64,000 nt of DNA, taken from positions 256,432,001 to 256,496,000 of the forward strand of contig NC_091982.1 of NCBI RefSeq assembly GCF_044704955.1, given 5' to 3'. The notes below the pieces were generated by a model. That model saw nothing but the letters and a program-made list of their open reading frames with translations, was not told the DNA's origin and made no database searches. This DNA comes from Pristiophorus japonicus. Lineage: Eukaryota. This document shows, piece after piece, positions 63,972 to 64,000 of the stretch (position 1 is the stretch's first letter; each line of letters begins with the position of its first letter). Position numbers and translations under genes: made by a program.

Positions 63972-64000
63972 CTGACAAAGACGGAAAACAAATGATCACA

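Noticed and set aside
63643-63975. 110-aa plus-strand ORF
   Set aside because: It is the antisense shadow of the MFF last exon.

Overview
Vertebrate genomic DNA; the repeat families are most consistent with a shark or other cartilaginous fish. Four spliced host genes can be built from the sequence: AGFG1 coding exon 1 (-), complete TM4SF20 (+, 4 exons, about 241 aa), complete MRPL44 (-, 4 exons, about 329 aa) and the last exon of MFF (-). The remainder is mostly nested CR1, L2 and RTE LINEs, SINEs, Harbinger-type elements, solo LTRs and tandem repeats. Most notable: (1) three stacked 3' fragments of a Tx1-like retrotransposon at one 14-bp site inside a CR1 LINE, with structured 3' UTRs; (2) a TSD-flanked retroposon built from rearranged U2 snRNA modules, also inside a CR1; (3) eight NRF1-like motifs in a tandem array directly upstream of MRPL44; (4) a GC-AG intron in TM4SF20; (5) a twin-priming-type inverted RTE. 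Gene and family assignments rest on recalled homology, not database searches, and most TE boundaries are approximate.
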